This document shows positions 9,917-19,740 of a stretch of 64,000 bases of DNA, one piece after another. The translations under genes and the position numbers were made by a program. Location of the stretch: contig CAWIPH010000002.1 of assembly GCA_963837955.1 (NCBI GenBank), positions 288,001 to 352,000 on the forward strand. The letters run 5' to 3'. This DNA comes from an uncultured Verrucomicrobiae bacterium (GTDB lineage Bacteria > Verrucomicrobiota > Verrucomicrobiia > Chthoniobacterales > JAFAMB01). Positions within the stretch are counted from its first letter, which is position 1. Each line of letters begins with the position of its first letter. The notes under the pieces were generated by a model. It did not search any database, had not been told where the DNA came from, and was given only the letters and a program-made list of their open reading frames with translations.

Positions 9917-10357
9917 GTGATCTCTTTCCCCGTCTCTGAAAAGAAAGCGAGGGCGCTCCAAGAAAAGATGCAGGCTCTTGGCTGCCGGGAGAATGAGTTG
10001 GAGGAGACGTTCTTTCGGAAATCCGGAGTAACGATCTATCACCCGCCCAGCGGGGTGCGAGTCCGCTGCACCCGAGAGAGGAGCCAAGCACTTAACCGAT
10101 TTTTGGCTCGGCGAATCCTAGTTGAAGAACTTGAAGCACGGCGTCTGAACAAGACGCGACATGAAGTCAAAGCGGAGGAAATCCGTCGACAAAAAGGGCG
10201 GTTCGTTCCTCCCACCATCAGAGAGCAGATGGATCGGTTTCGCATGCAGCCGATCAATCCGCATCAAACCCCTACCTCTAAGGCGATTCGGTCCCTCTTG
10301 GAGCAATGGCAGCCGCATCACGATCCCCCACGAGGGGATCGCTTGAATGCAAGCTGA
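9917..10357 (+). CDS. Peptide chain release factor-like (RF-1 domain) protein lacking the GGQ loop
   Basis: LEETFFR...V.IYHPPSGVRVRCTRERSQALNRFLARRIL plus a basic C-terminal tail; no GGQ anywhere. Confidence 0.78.
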   Translation: MISFPVSEKKARALQEKMQALGCRENELEETFFRKSGVTIYHPPSGVRVRCTRERSQALNRFLARRILVEELEARRLNKTRHEVKAEEIRRQKGRFVPPTIREQMDRFRMQPINPHQTPTSKAIRSLLEQWQPHHDPPRGDRLNAS

Positions 10358-10421
10358 TCTCAGTGGTCGATCCTCTGGTGTGGGCGCCTTCTGATTTACG
10401 CAAAGGCGGCAGAATCGATCC

Positions 10422-10772
10422 CTAGCGATTCGATTGCGACATCGAACCGGCTTTAACCATTTCCGCCTGTTTAAGAACCGGGGAAAGCTTGGCGACCTTT
10501 TGCCTCATAATCTTTCCGGACTTAAACTTAACGGTCGCTCGAGGCGGGATTTTGAAGCTGCTGCCGGGCTGGTTCGGGTTGCGACCTACGCGCTCCCTGG
10601 TTAATCGGACCTCGAAAATGCCAAAATTCCGGAGTTCTACATCCTCTCCTCTCGCCAGGCTGTCGGTGATCAAGTCGAGTGTTCTCTGCACGACTTCAAA
10701 AACCTGATGTTGGACCAATCCGGTATCGTTACTAATCCTTACAACGATTTCCCGTTTCGTTAGGTTTGCCAT
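10422..10772 (-). CDS. HU/IHF-family DNA-binding protein
   Basis: LTKREIV...VELRNFGIFEV...RVGRNPNQPG...IPPRATVKFKSGK. Confidence 0.93.
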   Translation of the reverse strand: MANLTKREIVVRISNDTGLVQHQVFEVVQRTLDLITDSLARGEDVELRNFGIFEVRLTRERVGRNPNQPGSSFKIPPRATVKFKSGKIMRQKVAKLSPVLKQAEMVKAGSMSQSNR

Positions 10773-11019
10773 TTGGAATCCTTTCGCGTGATCAATTTCC
10801 CGGGCTGATCGGCAACCCGAATACCGTCAGCGCTCGACTCGCAACTCTCGGGCGCTGAGAACCTTCCGCACTATCCATGAGAACGACGGCCAGGCAAGGG
10901 ATTATCTTCTTCTCTTTGTTTCCTTTTGTCCGGCAAGAATCAGAATCTCTTTTCGTCCTCGTCTCCGATGGAGATGGCCATTTACGGTGATATACGACAA
11001 ATAGCGAACGGAGACCGGC

Positions 11020-11958
11020 TTATTTGTCATCCGTCAGTTGGTGTTTGCGACTTCCTTCGAGTACCTCGGCCGACGTACGGAAATGCATCTTGGCGACCTT
11101 CGGCAGAATTTCGGCGCCACGACTCCTTACCAGTTCTTGGGCGACTGCTTTCACATTGGCGGAGACGCCCTTCGGCAACAGAATCCCGAGCTGTTTACCT
11201 TTATTTTCAAGCCAGGAGACGAATTTTTCTCGAGCCAGAATTGAAGCAGCGGCGACTGCCACATCCGCCTCTGCCTTCGTTTGCTGTTCGATCTGGATTC
11301 GTCGTCCGGCATCGAGCAGGGAACGCAGAATTACCCGCTCATTAGCGAATTTATCGGAAAGCGAACGGTTGCAGTCGGGCCGCTCCTTCAGCAGATTCTC
11401 GATCACCCGGGCGTGTCCCCAGCCAAGCAAATCGTTCAAATTCCCGAAGCGGGCATAGAGCTCATTATAACGTTCCGGGCCGATAAGTACTACGTTGTGC
11501 GTCATACCCGGAGTATGCCGAATCGATTCTGCGAGTACTTTGATTCGCTGGTCGGAACCGATACGTTTACTATCCATCACACCGAGATCTAAGACTCTTC
11601 GAGCGATCTCGCGGTCGACATAGGCGCCCGCGATCACCAGCGGGCCAAAGAAATCGCCTTTGCCGCTTTCATCTACGCCAAAGTGAGGCTCGAACATTTG
11701 TGGCTGGAGGATTTCCTCGTAGCCCAGGCGAACTTCCCCCGTAACGAACGGCTCGAGCTGGAAGCGAACGAAATCTTCCGTCTCTTTTCCTTGGATCACG
11801 ACCTTGGGTCCCTTTTCAAACACCGCAACCGTCAGTTTACCTTTCTGAGCGAAGAAGATCATGTAAGGTCGTTCTTTGAACTCGAAATTCTGCTCCAACA
11901 GGAGAGCTCGAAGTTTTTCCGTTTGTTCGGTGGTGAGAGCGGACGAGTACGCGTTCAC
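11020..11958 (-). CDS. rnhC: Ribonuclease HIII
   Basis: N-terminal TBP-like domain (VVIQGK), GVDESGKGDFFGPLV, DSK, VAAASILAR, AKMHFRT; GTG start at 11958. Confidence 0.92.
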   Translation of the reverse strand: MNAYSSALTTEQTEKLRALLLEQNFEFKERPYMIFFAQKGKLTVAVFEKGPKVVIQGKETEDFVRFQLEPFVTGEVRLGYEEILQPQMFEPHFGVDESGKGDFFGPLVIAGAYVDREIARRVLDLGVMDSKRIGSDQRIKVLAESIRHTPGMTHNVVLIGPERYNELYARFGNLNDLLGWGHARVIENLLKERPDCNRSLSDKFANERVILRSLLDAGRRIQIEQQTKAEADVAVAAASILAREKFVSWLENKGKQLGILLPKGVSANVKAVAQELVRSRGAEILPKVAKMHFRTSAEVLEGSRKHQLTDDK

Positions 11959-11967
11959 TCTTTCAGA

Positions 11968-12978
11968 ATGAGACAGTTCGGTTTGGAAAGCACGGAGTTT
12001 CGCGCGCTGCTTATTGCCTGGTACCAGCGCGAGGGACGAAAGCTGCCTTGGCGTGAATCCGCGGACCCCTACCGAATCCTCGTATCCGAGCTCATGCTTC
12101 AACAGACCCAGGTTACTACCGTTCTCGACTACTATCGCCGGTGGCTTTCCCGGTTTCCCACTTTGGCCATGTTGGCCGCTGCCGATGAGCAAGAAGTTTT
12201 GCGAGCGTGGCAAGGTTTAGGATATTACAATCGGGCGAGAAATCTCCACCGCTGCGCTCAGCAAGTCATTGAGAGCAGAACCGGCCGACTCCCCGAGACC
12301 GTTGCTGACTTGGTGTTACTTCCCGGGATTGGACGCTACACCGCCGGAGCCATCGTCAGTTTTGCTTTCAATAAACCCGCACCGATCTTGGACGCCAACG
12401 TGACTCGCGTGCTAGCCCGATTGATCAATCTGCAAACGAACGTCGAAACGGCGGCCGGGAAACGAATCCTTTGGGATCTGGCGGAAAATCTAGTCAAGGA
12501 TGAAGAACCGAGGCTCTTCAATTCCGCCATCATGGAGCTGGGCGCCCTGCTCTGTTCACCTCGAAATCCTCGTTGCGTTCTGTGCCCAGTCCAAAGTTTC
12601 TGCCGCGCGATAGACCCCGACTCGCTTCCTCGAAAACGCCCGCGGCCCGCGACCCAAAGAATCCAAGAAAATTATTGGTGGATTCAGCGGGGCGAACACA
12701 TCTTGCTGCGGCGGGCGTCGGGGAGACGTTGGAAAGGACTGTGGACTCTGCCACCCGCTGCCGAAATTCGAGAGAGCCAGGTAGCGCTGTTCCAAATGCA
12801 CCATCCGATCACGAAATATATCGTCTCCCTAAACGTTTTCCTGGGTGCGGTCCCGGAGCGGCTTCGGGAAGACTTGAGCTGGCAGACCGTTGCCTCGCTG
12901 TGCGATCTGCCGATGCCGTCCCCACATCGGCGTGCAGCGGAGGCGATTCTACAGATCAAGAAATCTTCAAATCCGTAG
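11968..12978 (+). CDS. mutY: A/G-specific adenine glycosylase MutY
   Basis: LPWR, VSELMLQQTQV, WQGLGYY, LPGIGRYTAGA, DANV, 4Fe-4S motif C-X6-C-X2-C-X5-C; start reassigned to ATG 11968. Confidence 0.93.
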   Translation: MRQFGLESTEFRALLIAWYQREGRKLPWRESADPYRILVSELMLQQTQVTTVLDYYRRWLSRFPTLAMLAAADEQEVLRAWQGLGYYNRARNLHRCAQQVIESRTGRLPETVADLVLLPGIGRYTAGAIVSFAFNKPAPILDANVTRVLARLINLQTNVETAAGKRILWDLAENLVKDEEPRLFNSAIMELGALLCSPRNPRCVLCPVQSFCRAIDPDSLPRKRPRPATQRIQENYWWIQRGEHILLRRASGRRWKGLWTLPPAAEIRESQVALFQMHHPITKYIVSLNVFLGAVPERLREDLSWQTVASLCDLPMPSPHRRAAEAILQIKKSSNP

Positions 12979-13177
12979 TGGACCGTACCAGTGAGCCAAA
13001 TGGTGATAACAGGTTACAAATGAAAATAATAAACAGCGATTTGGCATCTTTCGTTTGGAATTTGTCATTCACGATCCATCGCTGGAATGCCGGGATAATT
13101 GTTCACAGCTCATTTAGATGAGGCTCATTTGCACTTGATTAGGGCGGGGGAGACCAGCGAGTTTTGCGAACGGTATT

Positions 13178-14389
13178 ATGCACACTTTGATTTTGCCCTA
13201 CCAACAACCTGATGCAGAGGGTCATTTCGGCTCCTTCGGAGGTGTTTTTGTTCCGGAGACCCTCATGCCGGCGATCGAGCAACTGGGAGCCGAGTACGCC
13301 AGGGCGAAAAACGATCCGGAGTTTTCTTGGAAACTAGATGAATTGCTGCGCACTTTTTGTGGTCGCCCCACTCCTTTGTACTTTGCGGAACGGCTTACCA
13401 AGGCCTTAGGCGGCCCGCGCATCTATCTGAAGCGTGAAGATTTGCTGCACACCGGAGCGCATAAAATCAATAATGCTGTAGGGCAGGCACTGCTGGCGGT
13501 TCGAATGGGCAAGCGAAGACTGATTGCGGAGACCGGAGCGGGTCAACACGGCGTCGCGACAGCGACGGTAGCTGCTCGGTTCGGTCTCGAATGCGTCGTC
13601 TATATGGGAAAAGTGGACATGGAACGACAAGCTCTCAATGTAGCTCGCATGGAGTTTCTGGGTGCAACCGTGGTTCCTGTTACCGCCGGCCAGGCTACAC
13701 TGAAAGAGGCGATCAACGAGGCCATGCGAGACTGGGTCACCAACGTTCGAACTACGCATTATCTTTTAGGAACCGCGTATGGTCCGCATCCTTATCCAAT
13801 GATGGTAAGAGACTTTCATCGGGTAATCGGCGAAGAAACAAAACGGCAAATCTTGGCGGTCGAAGAAAAGCTGCCAGATCTCTTGGTCGCGTGTGTGGGT
13901 GGTGGCAGTAATGCGATCGGATTGTTTTATCCTTTTTTAGAAGATGAAAACGTTCGAATGGTAGGAGTGGAAGCCGGTGGCCGAGGCATACGACCCGGAG
14001 AGCACGCCGCGAGATTTCAAGGGGGGCGCCTTGGTGTGTTGCAAGGCACCAAGACGTTTTTATTGTGTGATGAAGATGGGCAGATCCAGGGAACGCATTC
14101 GGTCTCGGCCGGGCTTGACTATGCCGCAGTTGGTCCAGAGCACAGCTATCTGCGCGAAATCGGTCGCGTCGAGTATTCTTACGCGACGGACGACGAGGCG
14201 TTGGCCGCGTTCCAGCTCCTGGCCAAGACAGAAGGCATACTGGCAGCACTGGAGTCAACTCACGCCCTGGCTTACATAACTAAACACGCATCCGAATTTT
14301 CCCCGAGTCATGTGGTCGTTATCAATTTATCCGGACGAGGAGACAAAGATGTGCAACAACTTGCTCGTTTTCTTCAAACGAAAACGTGA
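13178..14389 (+). CDS. trpB: Tryptophan synthase beta subunit
   Basis: [48 protein letters not shown]. Confidence 0.97.
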   Translation: MHTLILPYQQPDAEGHFGSFGGVFVPETLMPAIEQLGAEYARAKNDPEFSWKLDELLRTFCGRPTPLYFAERLTKALGGPRIYLKREDLLHTGAHKINNAVGQALLAVRMGKRRLIAETGAGQHGVATATVAARFGLECVVYMGKVDMERQALNVARMEFLGATVVPVTAGQATLKEAINEAMRDWVTNVRTTHYLLGTAYGPHPYPMMVRDFHRVIGEETKRQILAVEEKLPDLLVACVGGGSNAIGLFYPFLEDENVRMVGVEAGGRGIRPGEHAARFQGGRLGVLQGTKTFLLCDEDGQIQGTHSVSAGLDYAAVGPEHSYLREIGRVEYSYATDDEALAAFQLLAKTEGILAALESTHALAYITKHASEFSPSHVVVINLSGRGDKDVQQLARFLQTKT

Positions 14390-14479
14390 AAGAGCCTGTT
14401 ATTATCGGCCGTTTTTAGGTCCCCGGGCGTCTGCGCTTTCTCGGCGGGAGTACGGTTCATTGATGGTTCGTTTGCTCCT

Positions 14480-15088
14480 GTGATCAGGATACCCCGAGAG
14501 ATTCCGTTAATGGTTCTTTCGAACGCTGTGCTGTTTCCGCACTCGCTCTTGCCGCTTCATATTTTTGAGAACCGTTATCGCCAGATGCTGGCGCATTGTC
14601 TGGACGGCCACCGCATGTTCTCGGTGGCGCTGATGCGTGATGGGATCACAGAGCCCGACTCACTGGAGGATATTTGGCCAGTCGCGGGGGTCGGGCTAAT
14701 TCGCGCCTGTGTTGGGAACGATGATGGAACCTCCAACTTGGTCTTGCAGGGACTTGCCAGGGTAAAATTGGTCGACCTGTCGCAGGAGCAACCATTTCGA
14801 ATTGCGGAGGTCGAACTGCTGCAACCGAATCGGGGAAACCTAATCGAAGCCGAAGCGCTCTGTGTCAAAGTGAAGGAACTGTGCTCACAGGTTCAAAAAT
14901 TAGGTGTACGCCTGCCGGTGAACTTGATGGAGCAGATGCAACACATCGACGATCCTGAGGTTTTGTCGGACGTGGTATCGGCTGCTTTTATCAGTGAGCC
15001 GAACTCGCGCCAACAGCTTCTGGAAACCGGCGCTGTTCCAGATCGTTTACGCTTGTTGATTCAGTTATTGCGCAGCCAGGTAAGTTAG
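14480..15088 (+). CDS. LON peptidase N-terminal substrate-binding domain protein
   Basis: VLFPHSLLPLHIFENRYRQML...QQLLE...RLRLL; no ATPase or protease domain. Confidence 0.88.
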   Translation: MIRIPREIPLMVLSNAVLFPHSLLPLHIFENRYRQMLAHCLDGHRMFSVALMRDGITEPDSLEDIWPVAGVGLIRACVGNDDGTSNLVLQGLARVKLVDLSQEQPFRIAEVELLQPNRGNLIEAEALCVKVKELCSQVQKLGVRLPVNLMEQMQHIDDPEVLSDVVSAAFISEPNSRQQLLETGAVPDRLRLLIQLLRSQVS

Positions 15089-15201
15089 TGCGCCACTATC
15101 CGAATGATAGATTTGATGCCGTAGCCAGCTCCTAGCTGCCCACCGCAAAATGGGTTGTCATTCGGCAGCGAATGAATTAATCCTCATTCACGCATTCTCT
15201 T

Positions 15202-15591
15202 ATGAGCCGCCACCAAATATTCGCATGTCTTGCCGCTGTAATCTTAGCGCTAGTTTCTTGCGACTCGAATCCGGGGACTCAAACGAAAAAAAGTGCCGGG
15301 CACGGACCTGTTCCGACACCACCTGCCGTAACCGTGATGCCAACGGCGACACCCACTCCGGTCCTCGTCCCGACGCCGACTCCGGCGCCGGATGTGAGCA
15401 ATGTACCGAACCCAGCGGCAACTCCGAGTGCCCAGCCGGAAAACTATCCGACGGCCACAAAAGTGCCGGGCAAACCGGGACGGGTGATAAGTCCCTATGC
15501 TCCCAACGCAGGCGAGGTCGATGTTTCTGGTTACCCTCCTGGTGCGGAGGTACGCGATCCTTATACCAACAAGATCTTCCTGGTCCCTTAG
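15202..15591 (+). CDS. Putative lipoprotein with Pro/Thr linker and a small C-terminal domain
   Basis: Signal peptide with LVSC lipobox, PTPTP linker, C-terminal [12 protein letters not shown]...[22 protein letters not shown]. Confidence 0.72.
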   Translation: MSRHQIFACLAAVILALVSCDSNPGTQTKKSAGHGPVPTPPAVTVMPTATPTPVLVPTPTPAPDVSNVPNPAATPSAQPENYPTATKVPGKPGRVISPYAPNAGEVDVSGYPPGAEVRDPYTNKIFLVP

Positions 15592-15710
15592 TGCACCGAT
15601 CGTATAGTGGGCACACCGGTATTGACGGAATAGATTGCTGTTGGGCAAGTCCTATAAAGGATGCATAAATGCGTCCTTTTTTCGCAACTCGACTTCATGT
15701 ATTTCAAAAT

Positions 15711-16550
15711 ATGGACGAGTTGACAATCGGCGTAGTTGGCGTGGGCCTAATCGGTGGTTCGATTGCACTCGGTGCTCAGAAGGCCGGATTTTCGGTCGTA
15801 GCCTATGACCGGCACGACACTCCTGCCGAGTCGAACTTGGGAGCCGTGATCCGGTGGGCAGACACGATAAAGGACGTTGCTTCGGCAAGTGACCTCATTT
15901 TTGTCGCCACACCGATCTCCACAACACTCGCAGCGGCCGAAGCGCTGTTGAGCCATCTCAAGCCCCATACGATTGTCTCAGAGGTGGCGAGCACAAAATC
16001 GTCGATCGCACCAGAGCTTGCTCGAATGCTATCGTCTCGCTGCAGATACATTCCCAGCCATCCGATGGCCGGCTCCGAACGTTCCGGATGGCAGTCGGCC
16101 AATCGCGAACTCTTTGAGGGAGCGGTGACCGTGGTTTGCGACGATTTCTGTGAGGACCCGGGGGCAATAACCGTTGTACGAAGTTTCTGGGAACGGCTAG
16201 GGAGCACCACTCTTGTGCTCGACGTGGCGACCCATGATCGGTTAGTTGCAGCTGTCAGTCACTTACCGCATCTGCTGGCAGCGTTGCTGGTCGCAGATGT
16301 AAGCGACTCGGCCGAACAGGCCCTGCAAGTTGCCGGCCGCGGTTTTCGCGACCTGACTCGGATTGCATCTGGAGATCCTTCTCTTTGGACCGAAATCTTG
16401 CTTGCGAATCGAGCCGAGCTGCTCAATCACTTGCTGAGATTTCGCGGCCAGATCGATGAAGGAATTCAACTGCTGCAGAGAAACGACGCGAAAAACTTGC
16501 AAGCGCTTCTGAACGCGGCGAAAAGGAACCGCGACAAATTGTCCGGATAA
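15711..16550 (+). CDS. tyrA: Prephenate/arogenate dehydrogenase
   Basis: GVGLIGGSIA, HPMAGSE, HDRLVAAVSHLPH, GFRDLTRIA. Confidence 0.92.
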   Translation: MDELTIGVVGVGLIGGSIALGAQKAGFSVVAYDRHDTPAESNLGAVIRWADTIKDVASASDLIFVATPISTTLAAAEALLSHLKPHTIVSEVASTKSSIAPELARMLSSRCRYIPSHPMAGSERSGWQSANRELFEGAVTVVCDDFCEDPGAITVVRSFWERLGSTTLVLDVATHDRLVAAVSHLPHLLAALLVADVSDSAEQALQVAGRGFRDLTRIASGDPSLWTEILLANRAELLNHLLRFRGQIDEGIQLLQRNDAKNLQALLNAAKRNRDKLSG

Positions 16551-16556
16551 GGAACT

Positions 16557-17909
16557 ATGGCCAGCTTAAACGTTTTTCGGGCTCCACAAATAGAAGCGGA
16601 AATAGTTGTCCCCGGTGACAAAAGCATCTCTCACCGCGCAGTACTTCTCGCAGCAATTTCCAACGGCACCTGCGTTATCAAGGGATTCCTCTCGAGCCAA
16701 GATTGCCAATGCACGGTCCAGGCTATGCGTTCGCTCGGCATCCTCATCGATCAGCCGAATGAGACCTCTTTGATGGTGCACGGCCAGCGCGGTAAATTCC
16801 AACCCTCTTCAGAACCGATCGATTGCGGGAATTCAGGAACCTTGATGCGGCTGATGTGCGGATTGGCTGCCACGCAGCCGTTTGAGACTGTCTTAATTGG
16901 AGACGCATCGCTCTCTTCTCGACCGATGCGTCGCGTGATTGAGCCTCTCACTCTCATGGGTGCATCGATCGAAGCGACCGAAAGCGGTACCGCGCCATTG
17001 AAGGTCAGAGGTGGAAGTCTTTATCCCGTGACCTATGAACTGCCGGTGGCGAGCGCTCAAGTGAAAAGCGCAATCTTGTTGGCGGCACTCGGCGCTCCCG
17101 GAAAGACCGTGATTATCGAACCCATTCCGTCTCGCGATCATACCGAGCGCATTTTGAATTATTTCTTGATCGAAACGAAGCGGGAAACGTCTCCGCGGGG
17201 ACAGGCAATTTCTATTTATGGCGAACAAATTGCTGAGTCGCGCGACTTCTCCGTTCCGGGCGATTTCTCTAGTGCGGCTTTCTGGATGGTCGCTGCTGCT
17301 GCTCAGGAAGGATCCAGCCTTTTGGTGCGAGATGTCGGTTTGAATGAAACTAGAACTGGCGCTTTGGCCGTTTTATTGAGAATGGGCGCACATGTTCGTG
17401 AAGTAGTTCAGGATACCGAAAAAGGTGAGCCGCGCGGTGAGATCCACATTCAAGGCACGCGCCTCCACGGAACGGTGATCAGCGGACAAGAAATCCCCAA
17501 TCTCATCGACGAGATCCCGATTTTGGCTGTCGCCGGTGCCCTGGCCCAAGGCAAGACAATCATTCGGGATGCGCATGAATTACGCGTCAAAGAGACGGAT
17601 CGGCTGGCAGCGATCGCTGCCAATCTCACCGAAATGGGAGTGGATGTCGTCGAAACAGAGGATGGATTGGAAATTAACGGGGGAGCCCCACTAATGGGTG
17701 GCCGGCTGAAGAGCTACGGAGATCATCGCATCGCGATGGCTTTCGCGATCGCTGGTATGTTCGCCGACGCCGAGACGGTGATTGATGATACCGATTGTAT
17801 TGCGACTTCGTATCCTGGATTCGAACAGCAGCTTGCGGCTTTCCTGGACCCATCTCATGAGCAACCGACGCCAGTGATTAACCCGGCCGGAGTCATTGAA
17901 AAACATTGA
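16557..17909 (+). CDS. aroA: EPSP synthase (class II)
   Basis: PGDKSISHR, GNSGT, SAQVKSA, RDHTE, ELRVKETDR, GDHRIAM. Confidence 0.97.
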   Translation: MASLNVFRAPQIEAEIVVPGDKSISHRAVLLAAISNGTCVIKGFLSSQDCQCTVQAMRSLGILIDQPNETSLMVHGQRGKFQPSSEPIDCGNSGTLMRLMCGLAATQPFETVLIGDASLSSRPMRRVIEPLTLMGASIEATESGTAPLKVRGGSLYPVTYELPVASAQVKSAILLAALGAPGKTVIIEPIPSRDHTERILNYFLIETKRETSPRGQAISIYGEQIAESRDFSVPGDFSSAAFWMVAAAAQEGSSLLVRDVGLNETRTGALAVLLRMGAHVREVVQDTEKGEPRGEIHIQGTRLHGTVISGQEIPNLIDEIPILAVAGALAQGKTIIRDAHELRVKETDRLAAIAANLTEMGVDVVETEDGLEINGGAPLMGGRLKSYGDHRIAMAFAIAGMFADAETVIDDTDCIATSYPGFEQQLAAFLDPSHEQPTPVINPAGVIEKH

Positions 17910-18580
17910 ACGAAAGATCCGGTTTTTCGGTAATTGCCATTGATGGACCGGCCGCCTCCGGGAAAAGCAGCGTGGCTAGACTGCTAGCTAGCCACTTGGG
18001 CTTTTCCTATGTGAATAGCGGCTTGATGTACCGGTCGGCAGCGTGGCTGGCTCACCTCCGACGGGTCAATCCGGATCACACCGACGCGGTCTGGCAAGCA
18101 CTTCAAAGTGCCCAACTAGACTTTGGACTAGAAAAGAAGGAGTTATTCGTACGCATTGATGGCGTGAATCCCGAAGCTCACCTGAAAGAAGAGGTCGTAA
18201 ATCGGACCGTCTCAGCCGTGGCTACTATCTCCGAAGTCCGCGAATTTTTCTCTGATCACCTTCGGAAATTTTCGGCGCTCGATAATGTCGTCATTGAAGG
18301 ACGTGACATTGGGTCGGTTGTTTTTCCGAAGACGCCCTTCAAATTCTATATCGACGCTTCTCCCGAAATCCGAGCGCGTCGTCGCGCCGCTCAGGGATTA
18401 AAGGATAGCCCCGCTCATCGTGACCGGATTGATTCCTCCCGGCGTTCCTCACCACTAATCGTTGCCGACGACGCGGAGGTGATTGACACCTCATCATTAA
18501 CTATCGATCGCGTGGTTAAAGATATTGTGACCCGTTTACAAAGAAAGGGGTTGGCTTCCGCATTGAACGTGAATTTATGA
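17906..18580 (+). CDS. cmk: Cytidylate kinase
   Basis: IAIDGPAASGKSS, GLMYR, EGRDIGSVVFP. Confidence 0.95.
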   Translation: MNERSGFSVIAIDGPAASGKSSVARLLASHLGFSYVNSGLMYRSAAWLAHLRRVNPDHTDAVWQALQSAQLDFGLEKKELFVRIDGVNPEAHLKEEVVNRTVSAVATISEVREFFSDHLRKFSALDNVVIEGRDIGSVVFPKTPFKFYIDASPEIRARRRAAQGLKDSPAHRDRIDSSRRSSPLIVADDAEVIDTSSLTIDRVVKDIVTRLQRKGLASALNVNL

Positions 18581-19197
18581 CTCCTCTCTATTGGGTTGGC
18601 TACACCTTATGTAACCTGATTGGTAAACTGGCGTTCGACTTTCGGGTCTACGGTCGCGAGAATCTTATCGAGGAAGGGGCCGCGATCCTCGCTTCGAATC
18701 ATCAAAGTTACCTGGATCCGCCATGTATTGGAATGGCACACCGCAATGATATTTATTATCTCGCTCGCAGCACGCTCTACCAGCGACCGGTGATCGGGCC
18801 CTTATTGAAACGATTGAACACCGTTCCCGTCGATCGAGACCGCGGGGATGTGAGTTCGATCAAAGCAATCATCCGACTTTTGCGAGCTGGTCATCGTGTA
18901 ATCATTTTTCCGGAAGGTACCAGGTCTACCGACGGGAAGTTGCAGCCGGCCCGCGCTGGCTTGGGAATGATCATCGCCAAAACGTTAGCGCCGGTTGTTC
19001 CGATCCGAGTATTTGGGAGTTTCGACGCGCTTCCGCGGACCGGTGGCATTAAACTTAAGCCGGTTTCCGTTGTTGTCGGGAAACCGATACGATTCAGCGA
19101 AGATGATCTGAAAGGCGACCGTGAAGTCTACCAGGCCTTGAGCAATCGCGTGATGGAGAGGATCGCCAGCCTAGAATTGCCAGCTGGCGCACGCTAA
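18577..19197 (+). CDS. plsC: 1-acyl-sn-glycerol-3-phosphate acyltransferase
   Basis: SNHQSYLD, FPEGTRS. Confidence 0.92.
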   Translation: MTPLYWVGYTLCNLIGKLAFDFRVYGRENLIEEGAAILASNHQSYLDPPCIGMAHRNDIYYLARSTLYQRPVIGPLLKRLNTVPVDRDRGDVSSIKAIIRLLRAGHRVIIFPEGTRSTDGKLQPARAGLGMIIAKTLAPVVPIRVFGSFDALPRTGGIKLKPVSVVVGKPIRFSEDDLKGDREVYQALSNRVMERIASLELPAGAR

Positions 19198-19267
19198 TTT
19201 CGTGTCCCTAACACCTCGGCATTCGTTCTCGAACAGAACCGTAACCTCGCTGGCGCAACGCCACGTT

Positions 19268-19717
19268 TCACCGTTCTTGAGTTCGGCGCTGGATGGTAAT
19301 TCTCTTAACCCGCGCATCGTCATTCGGGCTAAAGCTCATTACCTCGGGATCGCCGGTCAATGCGTTATGAACAATGCGCCGGTCGTAAGAGTTCATCGGC
19401 TCTAACTTTACCGGCCGTCCGGTGGCTCGCACGGTTTCGGCGATTTGTTTTACTCTTTGCCGGAGCTTATCATCGCGCATGGCCCGCCAATGGCCGACAT
19501 CGACTTGAACCCTTGGAGCGTTCCGATCTTGGGACTGCAAAATCCGATTCAGAAGAAATTGCAGGTCTTCCAATGTCTCCCCGTGGGGTCCGATCAAAGC
19601 TTCGTTTTCGGCAGTAAAGACCTGCAGCTGCTTACCGGTCTCGGTCTCAATCTCCTGAATATCGACAACAAATCCCAGATGACCGAGCATGGTATCAAGG
19701 ATCTCTCTAGCATCCAT
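19268..19717 (-). CDS. jag: Jag/KhpB-like KH-R3H RNA-binding protein
   Basis: LIGPHGETLEDLQFL, PMNSYDRRIVH; follows yidC. Confidence 0.88.
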   Translation of the reverse strand: MDAREILDTMLGHLGFVVDIQEIETETGKQLQVFTAENEALIGPHGETLEDLQFLLNRILQSQDRNAPRVQVDVGHWRAMRDDKLRQRVKQIAETVRATGRPVKLEPMNSYDRRIVHNALTGDPEVMSFSPNDDARVKRITIQRRTQER

Positions 19718-19740
19718 AGGAGGGACTACACCTAGATTTA

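Noticed and set aside
11683..11967. N-terminal extension of MutY in the ORF track (and of RnhC to 12213)
   Set aside because: Each extension is the antisense of the other gene; family homology begins at 11968 and 11958
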